The notes under the pieces: model-generated
Seen by the model: the letters and a program-made list of their open reading frames with translations, nothing else
Databases searched by the model: none
What the model was told of the DNA's origin: nothing
Position numbers and translations under genes: made by a program
Assembly: GCA_039621445.1 (NCBI GenBank)
Contig: CP154954.1
Coordinates: 17,576,589 to 17,640,588 of the forward strand
Origin: Euglena gracilis
Lineage: Eukaryota
Direction of reading: 5' to 3'
DNA length: 64,000 nucleotides
Shown here: piece after piece, positions 46,401 to 59,648 of the stretch
Position numbering within the stretch: position 1 is the stretch's first letter
Layout of the letters: every line of letters begins with the position of its first letter

Positions 46401-47644
46401 TGCTGACGCCCCGGCAAACACTATTTCCACATTCCTGCGGGAACGGACGTGGGAATCCCTGCACTTGCTATTCTGCTCTCCAGAATTGCTCTTTGGCCGC
46501 TCCTGCAAATAATTCTTCTCTCCAACGTGTAGAACACAATTTGTGGTTACAGGGGGCTTGAAAAACTTGTGGTATGAAAAGGTCTTGCGCAAAAGGATTG
46601 CGCATGGGAAGGTCGTGACAAGGGCCAGGGTCGCACATTTTTATCCCGCCGGCGCTTCAGTCGTAGGGGGGTGTTCCCCCCGCGTCCCAAACCACCCCGT
46701 AGTGTAAAAAGCGGCAGAATATATAACCACCCGGAGCGCCCTGCCGTACCCTAAATGGCTGGGTGAAAAACGCCTGAGGCAGCGCAACTTCAACAACAAA
46801 CTTCCATTTTTTTCTGCCCCCCCCATTCCACCACTTGGAACACTGCCAGATAGTCCCGGCATCAAATTCTTGTGACAGCCTTCATTGCCTAGTTGGGGTT
46901 GAAGGCTTTTGGAGTGCCACCCCGATGACGACCGTTTGACTCTGCAAAAGCTTGGAATAAACACATTGAGGACCTCCCCAGGTCGTGCACGTTACTTCAG
47001 TACTTCAGCAGTTTCCACAATGGCATGCGATGCTCACCCTGCTCTGTTGTTGCTTGTCGGCATGTAAGTGAATGACGTGTTGCGAGCATGCAAAATTTCG
47101 TCCGCAAAAATAGCAACATCTCTGCTCGGAGCTCTCATGGGAGGCACTGCAAAAAATTCAAAAAAATACATTGTGGTCCTCTCGAGATGGCGAAGCACAC
47201 TATATCAGAAAAGGGGTGGTGGACGCCGGTTTTGTCGTAAACCCGGCGTCCCTGGACGCCAGGTTCACAACAGAACCGGCGTCCACCACCCCTGTCTTAA
47301 AGCGGCGTTTTTGGGACGCCAGGTTCACGACAAAACCGGCGTCCCCAACCTTCAGTCAAAGGACACTCCCAGGACCAATCTCCCACCACTAATCTGAATG
47401 TCACGCTGCTTTGCATTTTGCCAAAATCCGACGATCACGAGCTTACCTCTGGCTGTGTCGGCTCATCTCAAGGTATGGGCGCAAGTCGATTGGGGGGCCG
47501 ACCGCCCAACACCCCCCGGACCCCCCCGGCCAAAATAACGTTGTGTGCAAGGCAAGGATGGCCCAAACACCCAAAACCACAAAATCCCTTGTGTGCCCAA
47601 AATGCGCACCCAGGGCTGGATATAGGGATATAGGGATATTGGAA

Positions 47645-47760
47645 GGTATAGGTATAGGTATAGGTACAGGTACAGGTATAGGTATAGGTATAGGTATAGG
47701 TATAGGTATAGGTATAGGTATAGGTATAGGTATAGGTATAGGTATAGGTATAGGTATAGG
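47645..47760. repeat. (GGTATA)n hexamer tract
   Basis: Direct inspection. Confidence 0.95.
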
Positions 47761-50244
47761 CTTTCTCACCTCCTATCATAGCTGGTGTTTTTTTAAAAAA
47801 AAACGTTTTTATTTGTTTTTGTTGTTTTTTTATTAAAAAAAAAACGGTAAAAAACAGCAAATAACTAAGGAAAAAACGATGGTCCGAACTTTCCTTTTGA
47901 TCGCAAGGTTGAACCTGAAATGAACTGAAATGACTCAAAAACCAAAGAGTTTTGGTCCCTTTCCACAAAAATGGCCAAAATTGGGCATTTTTTTCCATTT
48001 TCACAATTTCTTGCTTAAACCGGCGTTTGAGACGCCGGGTTCAGGACAGAACTGGCGTCCCCCCCCCCCCCCACGGGTTTTCCAGACGCTGGTTCTATCC
48101 TAAAACCCGGCGTTAGGAACGCCGGTTTTGTCCAAAACCCGGCGTCCGGTTTTCATTCCTAAAAATGTCACCAAAAGTGCCCAAAAGTGGCCCTAAGGTC
48201 CTGATATATTGTTTCAACCATCTAGGACAATGAATTTTGTCATTTGGGGACCAGTGGGGTGGATGCCCAAATTTGGTGAAAATTGGCCCAGATTTGGAAA
48301 TAGAGCAAACCCGACCCCCCACTTATAACCCCCCCATCCTATAACCCCCCCCCTGCTTATAACCAAGGTTGACGGCTTGTTTTTTATAAAACAAAAAAAA
48401 ACATGTTTTTTTTAAAAAAAATATGTTTTTTTTAAAAAAACAAAAAAAACGTCATGGAGGGTTTGGGTGAAAAAATTTTTGAACGTTTTTTTAAAGGAAA
48501 AAGGTCATTTTTTTATCTCTGCAGCTTCGCAGTCCGTAAAGGGTGATGGCTTTCACATGAACCATCATTTTAGTATTTTTGGATGAAGGGTCTGGAAAAA
48601 CTAAAAAAAACGTTACTTTGATGACCAAAAACATGACTTTAGAACTTTTTCCTCAAAAAATGGCCATTTCGCAAGGAAAAAGGTCAATTTTTGCTTTTTC
48701 AAAAAAAAACATGTTTTTTTTGCGTTTTTTTTAAAAAAACATGTTTTTTTGTTTTTTTTTAAAAAGCAAAAAAAACGTCAACCCTGCTTGTGGCCCCCCC
48801 CCTCGGGCCCAAGCACTAAACCGTGACTTATACCCCCCCCCCCCGGAAGCCATGAGAAGGCAAAGAGAACCGCCAAGGCTGTAACCCCCCCCCCCCCCCG
48901 CTTATAACCCCCCCCTCGGGGCCAACCACTAAACAGGATCCTATAACCCCCGGGGGGGTTATAAGTGAGGGGGGGGTTTACCGTGCGGCGTGGAAAGATC
49001 TGATGAGCACCGCTGGTCGTCTGTTGAAAAGAACTTTCGACCGAGGGCTAACGTTGCACGCAGCCCGAGATACGCCCGCGATCGTCGGATCGGCCAGAAT
49101 CTGGGTCAAAATTTGTGGTATTTTTTCGTGATTTTTGGTTTAAGATGCTGAATAAACCTTACTTTTCTCTTCGAATCGACCACCTGAGGGGTCCTGGGGG
49201 GCACCAGAGTTGTGAAATTAGTATTTCCCAGTGACAGAAAATAAGAGCTCCAGGCGGTGTGGCTGAATTTGGTGGTGATCGCCAGTTGTCTGATGAAAAG
49301 AGCTTTCAATTGAGGGGTGACTTTGTACCTGGATGATTGACACAGCCAGAAATACCCTCGCGATCGCCGGAATTTGGTGAAATGCAAAGTGGCGTGACAT
49401 TGAAAATTAGTGGTCGGAGATTGGTCCTGGGAGTGTCCTTTGACCGAAGGGTGGGGACGCCGGTTCGGTCCTGAACCCGGCGTCTCTAAAACGCCGCTTT
49501 AAACAAGGGGGGGGGGGCGGACGCCGGTTCTGTCCAAAACCCGGCGTCCGCCCCCCCCCTTTTGTAGTAGAAACCATTCCATTTTGGTTCCATTTTTGAC
49601 CAAGCAGGGGGGGGACTCAAAAAAATGCTGCGAATGGAAGCAAATTTTTTTTTGCCCATGCCCCTCAATGGCTTTTTTGAAAAAAACTTTTTTTAAAAAA
49701 GACGTTTTTTTTTAACTTCGTTTTAAACAAAGTGCCAGCTATGTCTCCTATATCTCTTATATGTTTGGTAATGAAAGGGTTTTGAGGGAAAAGAATGGAG
49801 GTTAGGTATAGGTATACGTGGTGGACCTATACGTATGGGTGTTTTTCCAAACCTGTACCTCCAGCCCTGGTGCACTGTAATGAACTTAGTCGGCCAAAAT
49901 GAAAAGTGCCAAAAAGTGTCCAAATGGTTTGCTGAGATGTGGCAACCTTATCTGAGTAGTTTTTTGGGGGCGGTATTGACCTGCATTTGGAGTATTTTTG
50001 TGCAATAAATCCTTTTGGCGATTTTGGGGGAATTTAGAAAATCAGAACACCATACAGTGTGGCTGAAACCCGAGGCCATCTTCCGGCTGCCCTTGAGAAG
50101 AGCTTTCAATCCATGGGTAACATTGCAGGGGAACAGTGGAATTTGGAATTTACAAAAAAAGGGCGGAACATGCGATTGGCGCCCTGCGAAGTGTGGTTGA
50201 GCTCTGTGGGCATCATTTGAAAGGTCTTGGAAAGAGCTTTCTAT

Positions 50245-50347
50245 GTAAATCAACAGACACTAACGATTTCAGCAGGGGCGCCGGGCCGTGCGAGCGAAGC
50301 GAGCGGCCCGGCGCCCCTGCTGAAATTGTTAGTGTCTGTTGATTTAC
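50245..50347. repeat. Hairpin: 44-bp arms (43/44 match), 15-nt loop TGCGAGCGAAGCGAG
   Basis: 50245-50288 is the reverse complement of 50304-50347. Confidence 0.95.
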
Positions 50348-51196
50348 TAAAACCTATTTCGTCTGGGCCCGCACGCCTGTCTTGAAAATTCATTCGACCG
50401 ATGCACCTGGCTTGAGTTTTGGCCGTTTTCATTTTTTTTTCTTCAAGAAAACGTACACCGTTTTGGAAATCGTTTTACACCATTAGATCCCTGTCTTGGA
50501 AATCGTTTTACACTAACGGTCGCCTGTCTTGGAAATCGTTTCACACTAACGGTCGCCTGTCTTGGAAATCGTTTTACACTAACGGTCGCCTGTCTTGGAA
50601 ATCGTTTTATACTAACGAATCCCTGTCTTGGAAATCGTTTGCTCTTTGATGATGGTGACATGTTCTTCTTGTCCTCAGTTTTTGTTCTTAATGGCTAAAC
50701 GGGCGAACCGTCTCCGTTGCTGAATGAATTTGCTGCAGTGCTCAAACGTGAAAGAGGGGTGCGTGCCATGGAAACTGCTCAACGAATAGCACCTGGGATT
50801 TTGACAGAGGAGGAACAGAGGAGGACCACAAAAATCCTTGTTGTTGAGCCAAGTTGATGGGCAAAAAACTCTGTCGTTTGTCGTGGCTCTATGAAAAATA
50901 TGCACCGATGCGGGGTCCCCCCTTTCGTTTCGTCGTCCACCGTGATCAACAGCACCGCTGCCTCAACTGTGTTTTGTTTGCTCCTCACATCTTGCCTTTT
51001 TAGGACCTTTTTTGTTTATGAAAGCGATCGCCTGTCTTGGAAATCGTTTTACACCAACGGATCCCTGTGTTGGAAATCGTTTTACACTAACGATCGCCTG
51101 TCTTGGAAATCGTTTTACGCTAACGGATTCCGCCTGAAATCCGTTAGTGTCTGTAGAAATTCAAGACAGGCGTCGGGCCCAGGAAATAGGTTTTAA
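50348..51196. mobile_element. TIR element (AAAACCTATTTC...GGGCCCG) with 33-bp tandem subrepeats CGCCTGTCTTGGAAATCGTTTTACACTAACGGT
   Basis: About 6 units at 50460-50640 and about 3 at 51030-51126; inverted ends. Confidence 0.72.
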
Positions 51197-51210
51197 TTGA
51201 TATTCTGTAT

Positions 51211-51628
51211 CAGGGCTGGATAGAGGGAGAGGGATAGAGGTAGAGGTAGAGGTAGAGGTAGAGGTTGAGGTCACCTCTACCTCTACTATCCCTCTATGTC
51301 ACCTCAATGTCAAACTTTTAAGGAAAGTGGCTTATCAAAGAAAATATATGTCGAACGAAGGCAATTTTATGAAAAAAATCAGAAATTGACCATTCTTGTG
51401 ACAAATCTCTTATGGCAATTTTGAAACCACCCATCCGGATATTTTTTCTCATTCCTAACCTAAATAAGATGTGTTAAGATGCTAATTTGCCAAATTTGAG
51501 GCATTTGGAGCCTTTTGTGGCCCCTTATTGGTGCCAGTTTATAACATTTTATGGTAGAGGTAGAGGTAGAGGTGGGTCAGATGGAGGTAGAGGACTTTGA
51601 CCTCTACCTCTACCTGTATCCAGCCCTG
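51211..51628. mobile_element. MITE with TIR CAGGGCTGGATA and (GGTAGA)n arms; apparent 7-bp TSD
   Basis: Flanks TCTGTAT/GCTGTAT; related element at 47611-49869 has (GGTATA)n. Confidence 0.72.
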
Positions 51629-52920
51629 GCTGTATGGTGCCCGAAGGGTGGGATTTCTCAAATTAATATGTCACGCCGAAAATGGGCGCAGTGTGCATTT
51701 CTGTGGCCATCTGCCGAAAGCCCTTGAGGAGAGCTTTCAATCGATGGGCAAGGCCATGTGTCAAACAGGGATAATTTTTTAAGGGAAAAAATCCCCAAAA
51801 ACTTCTTCCGGAATCCTTCCGGAAACAAACTTCTTCCGGACCCTGATCCGATCTGAAGGATCACGACTTTCCCCGAAAGTGGGGCCCATGTGGTTCCACC
51901 CCGCCGGATGAACCATTTGTCCGTATGAACCATTTGTCCGTATGCTGTCAAGTTTAATCCCCCATGTTTATATTCAGGCAGCATTTCAAGACCCCCGGGG
52001 TGTTTGCAATTGGAGGGAGTTATGTCTGTGTTGAAAAAATGAACCCTTGGGAAGGTTGCGCTTGTTTTTCAATACGGGTTGGTGGTCGAATCCACCAACT
52101 TTTCAGCGGCATTCTTGACTCTGCCCCCCCCCCCCGGGCGGCGTACAATTCGTCCCTGCCACGATGGAGCCAAGGGGTGCTTGGTAAAGAAAACCTCCTC
52201 TCCCAAGGCTTTCCAGTCTTGTCTGTTGCCCCTTCCTTTGCTGGGTCAGCCCATGGAAGCAAATATGTGAAAACTTCAATCGGTGGATTTTTTTCTTGAG
52301 GGGGGGGGCTAAAAACACGCATGGGCGGGCAAGGACTGTGTTGGGCGGTCGGATCGGCTTGGCCGGCTCATCCGCCCAAAGTCGACTCGACCACCCGTGC
52401 CCAAGCACCTCTGGTGATGCTGGGCGATGCTGGGCGATGCAGGGCGATGCTGGGCGATGCTGGGCGATGCTGGATTTTTGGAGACCAGAGGTGGGGTTCC
52501 GATGCTGGGCGATGCTGGGCGATGCAGGGCGATGCTGGGCGATGCTGGGCGATGCTGGCATTTTTTTTGTATATTTTGGAGAATTGAACCATTTTTGGGA
52601 TAATTTTCCCACAAAGCTCCAATTTTCCACCCATTTTGGCCATTATGGGTCAATTTTTGCTAATTTTGGGGCTATTTGGCACTGATTTGGCAAATATTGG
52701 GCAAACTGGGGCTGTTTGAGCAGATTTTATGGCATTTTTGGCCATTTTGCGCCTTTTTGGTGATTTTGGGTCATTTTTCACCATCTTTGTGGACATTGTT
52801 GGTGTTTTTGGGCAATTTTTTTGGTTAATTTGGTTGCTTTTTGGGGCTTTTTGGGGTCTTTTGGGCTTTTTGGGGCCATTTTTTGGGCTTTTGTGGTTAT
52901 TTTGGCTTGGTCAGTAGCCA

Positions 52921-53590
52921 AAGGATGAATACTGGACAGATACTGTACAAGATGCAGATGCTGGACAAGATGAACTGGATGCAGGCACTGGACAAGATGC
53001 AGATGCTAGACAAAGATGCCGATGCTGGACAAGATGAACTGGATGCAGACACTGGACAACATGTAAATGGTGGACAAGATACTGGACAAGATGCCGATGC
53101 TGGACAAGATGAACTGGATGCAAACACTGGACAAGGTGTGGATGGTGGACAAGATACTGGACAAGATGCCGATGCTGGACAAGATGCAGATGCTAGACAA
53201 GATGCAGATGCTGGATAAGATGCCGATGGTGGACAAGATGAACTGGATGCAGACACTGGACAACATGCAGATGGTGGACAAGATACTGGACAAGATGCCG
53301 ATGCTGGACAAGATGAACTGGATGCAGAAATTAGACAACATGTAGATGGTGGACAAGATGCAGTTGCTAGACAAGATGCAAATATTGGACAAGATGCCGA
53401 TGCTGGATAAGATGAACTGGATGCAGACACTGGACAACATGCAGATGGTGGACAAGGTACTGGACAAGATGCCGATGCTGGACAAGATGCAGATGCTGGA
53501 CAAGATGCAGATGCTGGACAAGATGCCGATGCTGGACAAGATGAACTGGATGCAGACACTGGACAACATGCAGATGGTGGACAAGATGCA
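52921..53590. repeat. Minisatellite built on GATGCTGGACAA / GATGCA units
   Basis: Direct inspection; lies inside the MULE-like element. Confidence 0.92.
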
Positions 53591-56500
53591 TCTCCCTCCA
53601 CCCTCCAGCGCAACAACTGCTTTGGACTTTGTTTGTCTGACTGGCAAGAGACTTGCAATTTGCACTCAATGTTGCCATCTCACAGGCCTGCACCACATCC
53701 TGTGCCTACAAAAAGCAGCAAGAGTGGTCAAAAAGTGGTCAAAAAGCAAGCAAAAATGGGGTAAAAGTGGTCAGAAAGCAAAAGTGGTAAAAAAAAAGTG
53801 GGCAAAAGTGGGCAAAAGTGGTCAAAAAGCAGCAGAAGTGGGCAAAAAAATGAAAGTGATCAAAAAGCTGCAACAATGGCCAAAAGTGGGCAAAAAGTAG
53901 CAAACATGGCCAAAAGTGGTCGAAAAGCAACAAAAGTTGTCAAAAGTGGTCAAAAAGTAGGCAAAAGGGGCCAAAAGTGGTCAAAAAGCAGCAAAGGTGA
54001 TCAAGAAGCTGCAAAGGTGGTTGGAAATGGGCAAAGGTGGGCAAAAAGCAGCAAAAGTGGTCAAGAAGCAGTCAAAATTGGTCAAAAGGCAGCAAACATG
54101 GGCAAAAGTGGTCAAAAAGCAGTCAAAAGTGGTCAAAGTGGGCAAAAAGCAGTCAAAATTGGTCAAAGTGGTCAAAAAGCAACCAAAGATGGCCAAAAGT
54201 AGCCAAAAGTGGGCGAGAGCGGCAAAAGCAGCAGGCATTATAAGTACACCTTCAAGGGCTCCAAAGGCGATGGTGGGCGATGCTGGGCGATGCTGGGCGA
54301 TGCTGAGCGATGCTGGGCGATGCTGGGCGATGCTGGGCCCAAGGGCATGGCTGACCAGAGGTGCTTGCCCGTGCCCAAATGGAGCGAGTCGATTCGACTG
54401 GTTGGGCCGACTAGTCGACCCGACCGCCCAATCGACTTGTGCCCATTCCTTGACTGACGCCGGCTGTGTCAATCGTTCAGTACAAACTTGCCCCTCAATC
54501 AAAAGCTCTTTTCATCAGACGACTCGTGATCACCACCAAATTCAGCCACAGTACTCCCATTTCTTGTCCCAGGGAAGTCCTAATTTCACAGTTCTTGTAC
54601 CCCCCTGGACCCTGGTCGTTGATTCGAAGAGAAAAATCGTTTTTCTATGGTTCATTAAGTGTCTTAAACCAAGCAGCACCAAAAATCACCACAATTTTCG
54701 ACTCAGATTCAGGCCGATCCGACGATCGCGAGCGTATCTTGGTTTTGCTTCCAATAAAAAGTATCTCTCTGAAAACTCCTTTGGTGTCTCGATTTCGGTC
54801 GGTTCGAGTGCCGAGGCCACTGAATCACGAACTTCCGAGGAGTCAGGAGGCGATGAATCCGAGGAGTCAGGAGGTGATGGACCCGAAGCTGATACTTTAT
54901 TTTTTGGGGAGGGTTTGTATTTGGTCAGCCCCATTTATATCGAGAACTGTGTCCAAGACACCAGTTCGGGCGTGAACCCGGTGTCCTAGTCACTGATTTC
55001 ACGCCCGAACTGGTGTTTTAGACACAGTTCTTGAAACCGTGTATCGGAGGCTTCCGAACCGGTGTCTAGGGACGCACGGTCACGTATTGCTTCCTTGGCA
55101 GGTTTTTTTCTTAATGACATCGGCCAGGTTACTACCGTGTGCACCAGTGTGCTGCCCCCCACCCCAGCAGAATCTTTGGCTAGTCTTGAGGCCGCCGCCG
55201 CACCTCTAGCAGCCCACTCACTTTTGTTTGGGGAAACATTTGACAACAGTTGCCCCCATGGTGGTCTTGCGAAAGGCAAAATGGTGGTGCTGGCAGCTGC
55301 CCGGCATTTCCAAAAGGTTTGCGAGCTGCGTGGGGCAACATTTGACGATTGGCTCTTGGCATTTGCTCTTTGGACGGTAAAGGTCACGTGTCTTTTGATC
55401 ACGGTGACGAGAAGCAACAGGCAGCCACCGCCCAACGCGAAGAAGTTTGTTTTAATGCCAAGGTGCAGGATCGGTCCTGGTTCCCTTCCACGTTGACCAC
55501 GATGGTCAACGCTTTGGCTGCGTTGTACAGGGAAGCGCCCTCCCATGTCGGCTCGTTTGTGCCTTCGGTGCAGTCACATAATCCACAACTTTGTGCTTTT
55601 TTCAATGCTGCTTCTCTTCCGAAGGAGATGAAAGCGAAGATGGAGTTGGGGGATGCGGACCGCTCTCCAAACTGTGGGGGTGCCATGGGCCTCTGTGGCG
55701 GCAAGCGTAAAGTCGTTTGCGATGTCTGCCACTTGCCAGCATTGCGCCTGTGCAGGGTTGGTCATCCCCTCCCGTTACGGGTCCTGGATGTGCCCTGAAG
55801 GTAAATAACTAGCCGTGTCTGATCCCTCAGACAAAACAGTTGCCTTCGTTTTAGTGCTGCGGCTGTGGTACTGTCCGGTTTGCCTTATTGGGCGTTTCGC
55901 ACCTCTTTGCACCGAATTCCAAATGAATCTGGCCTTTTGCATTTCTGTCCTGTTTCTTCAGTCCAAGTCACCGGTTTCCCGCCCGAACCGGTGTCCAAGA
56001 CACCGGTTCGGATGTGAACCCAGAGCCTCCATACACGATTCCACACTCGGGGGGGGGGGGTTGTATTTGGGGGGGGTTATATTTGGGGGGGTTTAGGTGA
56101 CCTTGCAGCCCTATGGGACGAATATCACCAAGGCTCCCCCAGCCAAAGAAAGAGCACATCGCCACTCTCCCGGCCGGCTGGCTGGAAAAAGCCGGGTCCA
56201 GCCCAGCAGCCAGGTTCGAACGACCTCCCTGCACCTCCACCCCCTGTCGGTGGAGGGTCCAGGGAGGTCGTTCCTGAACTCCCTCGAATGAACGGGTCCA
56301 GCCAACACCTTTTTTGGACCCGAAACAGGCCCAAATCTGGGATGCATGTTTATTATTATTATTATTTAATTTTTTTGAGGTGACCCCCCCCCCCAAATAA
56401 AAAGAACAGGGATTCTTGGCCATTTTTGACCCCCTTTTTCAAAAAATTCACCGATTTTTTTGGTCCAGCCTGGCTTTGCCGGGCTGCAAAAACTTTATTA

Positions 56501-58040
56501 CCGGGGGGGGGGGTTGCGGCCCGGCTGGGCGGTGCTGTGGGAAAAAAGGTTCTTGCTGGCTGGACCCCCAGGGGGGGGGGGTCCGGCTTAGGAAATTCCT
56601 TGGTTTCAGACCAAGAACAGTGTTTTGGGCCAAGGTTTTCGGGGGTCCTGGGCGACCACGGCACCGCGGTCGCCCATCGTTCGTGGCTACTGTGGCCATT
56701 TTATGGCCATAGTCAAATTCATACTGTCCCAACACACCTCTTTTGCTTTGCCGCTTTTCGGTCATTTCAGGGTCAATTTTTTTCAAAAGTATTTTTATTA
56801 TGTTTTCTCGAAATGATGGGAAATCAAAGAAAATCACAAAAAGACCCCAGGCTTTTCTGTGCAGACTCTGTGCAAACTGCACAAATTGTTCAACACTAAG
56901 TTCCAGGCTTCAATGACGGGGAAAAAAATACCAACTCTATCCACCGAAGAATGCCTATCCTTAAAAAAGAGTGAGTTTTTTTGTCAACATTTCTGGTGGA
57001 CATCCCCATCCCTCGTCTTCAAGAAAGGATAAATGGCCGATTGGCAGGGGCTGTTCAGATGTTGGAATGGTTTTCTTTTGGAAATGATATTTTTGCCTCC
57101 CCCAAGAAAACAATAGACTCCTGTGAATATCGATGGTACAAACAATTGGGCACTCACTATTTGCAAATTTTTGCTTTCATCATTCACCATAACCCAACCC
57201 CATTTTTGAATTTTTGACGACCAAACTCAGCCAACGGGCAACAATCTTTTTTACTTGCAGTTGATGACAATAATTAATGGATGTATCTGTCAACTTCTGA
57301 CTCTCTTGTTTGTGGTGCAATGTGTTGCGGATCGTGAGATCAGAAGGCAGGTCCCTTTTCAGGCACACGTGACATGATTAATTTGCAATATCAAAATTTT
57401 GAGAAATGAAAAATGCAAGATTTTTTTTTGCATTCCATGTCATTTGAATTTTGATTGCAAACTTCAATTTGAATTTTTTTTTCAATTCAATTATATCTGA
57501 AATTTGTAAATTTCAATTCTCATTTGAAATTTATACATTTCAAAATGAAATTGTTTTGAATTTTCAATTTTGAAAATGAATTTAGAAATTTTAAATTCAA
57601 AATGAAAATATTCAATGAAATAATTGAATTTTAAATTTCAAATTGTGAAAAGAACTGATTTTCCTCTTGTCCTTTTAATTCACACACATTCAGATACAAG
57701 GCTGGTATCGTTGGGAACCAAAAAAATATATAATTTAGAAAATGTTTACCCATTATCCATGATGCCTCTGGGGGTGGTTCGGGTCACCGGGGGGGGGTCA
57801 CGGGGGGGTCACGGGGGGAACACCACATTTTAGGCGGCCAATTAGGAATCACCGAGCACGAATTTTTGGGGAAAAATCAAAAAAACTAGGAACTAGGAAT
57901 CTTCACACCTAAAATTAGGAATTTGACACCAAATTAGGAATTACCATCCCCAAATTTACAGAGAAAAAAATGTTTTTTTTGCCATCTCTTGTGCACAGCG
58001 TCGGAAGTGAAAATGTGTAAAGTTGTTTTCTTGCTTTCAG

Positions 58041-58067
58041 CAACCCCTGTTGGCCAAGAAAGGAACC
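58041..58067 (+). CDS. Possible upstream CLPTM1-like exon (NPCWPRKEP)
   Basis: Strong acceptor ttttcttgctttcag|; joining CC+A gives PCWPRKEPLDVQLF, plausible for the family; no GT donor found. Confidence 0.3.
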
Positions 58068-59479
58068 TGCTGGAGAACGCCGCTACAACCCAAATCACCA
58101 GCCATCACCGGTTCAACGAGAGTATGAACCATTATTTGCGAAGGGTGCCTCAGTCAGGCTGGTGTTCACATTTCAGCTCAATAAAGGGGAGGGAAGTTGT
58201 TTCGCATTTTTTTTCGCATTTTTTATTCGCATTTTTTCGCGCATTTTTTGTAGTTTTTTTTTTCAGCTCATTTTCTTGCTCCTTGGCGCATTTTTTTCGT
58301 GGTTTGCCCATTTTTTTGCTTTTTTTTTCGAAACTGAAACTTTCATCAGAATTCCGTATGATTGTTATACATTTGCTGCCATTTTTGCGTGCGTTTTGGG
58401 TAATTTTTGCATTTTTTTTTGAATCTGCATTTTCTCCCAGACTTTGTACATTTGGCTTATTTTTTTGGCATCTTTTGCGCATATTTGCACATTTTTGTGC
58501 ATTTTTTCGCAAGGCCAGGCTGACGCATTCCCCCCTGCTGAAATGGTTTCTGTGCTTGGAACACTGGATTGGTTTGTTGCAGAGGAATGGACCGTCTAAC
58601 CTCTCAAAAAAATTGGCCTTTGATTTGATGAAAATTTAGGGTCACAACTTTTATTTTTTTAACAAAGCATTTTGTGGCATGCAGCCTGGGAGAACCATGG
58701 AAAGGAATGGTATCTTTTGATGACTGTTGACACCCCCTTCCCTTGCCCATGGGGGTGCGTACGACCCCCCCCCCCCCACCCCCGTGGTCGGGGGATTGTA
58801 GCTGACGTAGCAAAAATAGGGTTTTTTGGCACCTGGTCGTACAACCAGCCCCTGGTCGGGGGTTGCAGGTCAGGGGGTGCGTGAACACCCCCCCGGTCAG
58901 AGGTTGTGGGGTCGGTGGGGGGGGGGGCAGGCTGCAATTTTTTTTTTCAGGTTTATTCTTGATAATTGGAAATTCATTCTGGATATTCTAATTTTCTGTT
59001 GGAAATGATTTGGCAAAATGTCTCCTCCTCCTCCTGGGCCTTGCTCCTTGTTTTCGGAAGGAAATTACACCAAAGCCCCAAGCTGCAGGCATCTCTGTTT
59101 GCGTCTTCTACGTCTTCCAGCGGAAATGACTTCCAAAGAAACGCAAAAATGGGGACGTTCAACTTTGCATAACTAGCGTGCAGAAAAAAAATTGCAAAGA
59201 CTTTTGCACGACTTTTGCCTGACTTTTGCAAACACAAGGACCTTGTGATGCGAGCTCGTGTTGCGAACGTCCCACCTCGCCTGTCAAAAGTCTTGGGTTT
59301 TGGGGGCAGGGGGTTTCTTAAGCCAGAGGGGAGCCGACCCCTGGGGGAGAGGTCCAGCTAGCTTTCACTTTTTCCCCTTCCAGGCAGCACCTTTTCCCAG
59401 CCGGCTGGCTGGACTCCCCGGGTTTTTTCCCTGCACTCTCCTGTTTGGGGGGTAACTCTTGCCGCACCGCTCTGCCGTC

Positions 59480-59648
59480 ATTGGACGTCCAGCTCTTCTT
59501 AAAACGAGACCCGAACTGGACGGCCGTCGACTTCGGTGACCCAAGCCTGCACGTCTGGCGTGATGTGGTCGTCTTCGACTCCGCACAGGACCAGGCGCAG
59601 CACACCTACCAGCTGGAGGTCCCTGTGGATGAGTACTTGGCGGGTAAC
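59480..59648 (+). CDS. CLPTM1: CLPTM1-like exon (LDVQLFLKRDPNWTAVDFGDPSLHVWRDVVVFDSAQDQAQHTYQLEVPVDEYLAGN)
   Basis: GC3-rich open frame; 5' boundary uncertain (CTG-CCGTC|A nonconventional type, or AG at 59399-59400). Confidence 0.8.

Larger units (their letters stand above)
47460..54461. mobile_element. Mutator-like (MULE) non-autonomous element with 9-bp TSD GGCTGTGTC, heavily nested
   Basis: TSD at 47451-47459 and 54462-54470; TIR core TCAAGG(T/A)ATGGGC(G/A)CAAGTCGATTGGG; paralogous empty sites at about 44905 and 49340. Confidence 0.8.

Noticed and set aside
47411-48004. GIGIGI / PIPIPI / YTYTYT ORFs
   Set aside because: Translations of the (GGTATA)n microsatellite.
50460-51126. CRISPR-like regular repeats
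   Set aside because: The 33-bp units are head-to-tail with no unique spacers, there are no cas genes, and the context is eukaryotic.
52841-54989. Long ORFs (MLDKMNWMQ..., SCPASASC..., KSGQK..., 330 aa)
   Set aside because: Translations of minisatellites and 10-bp satellites that stay open in several frames and on both strands.
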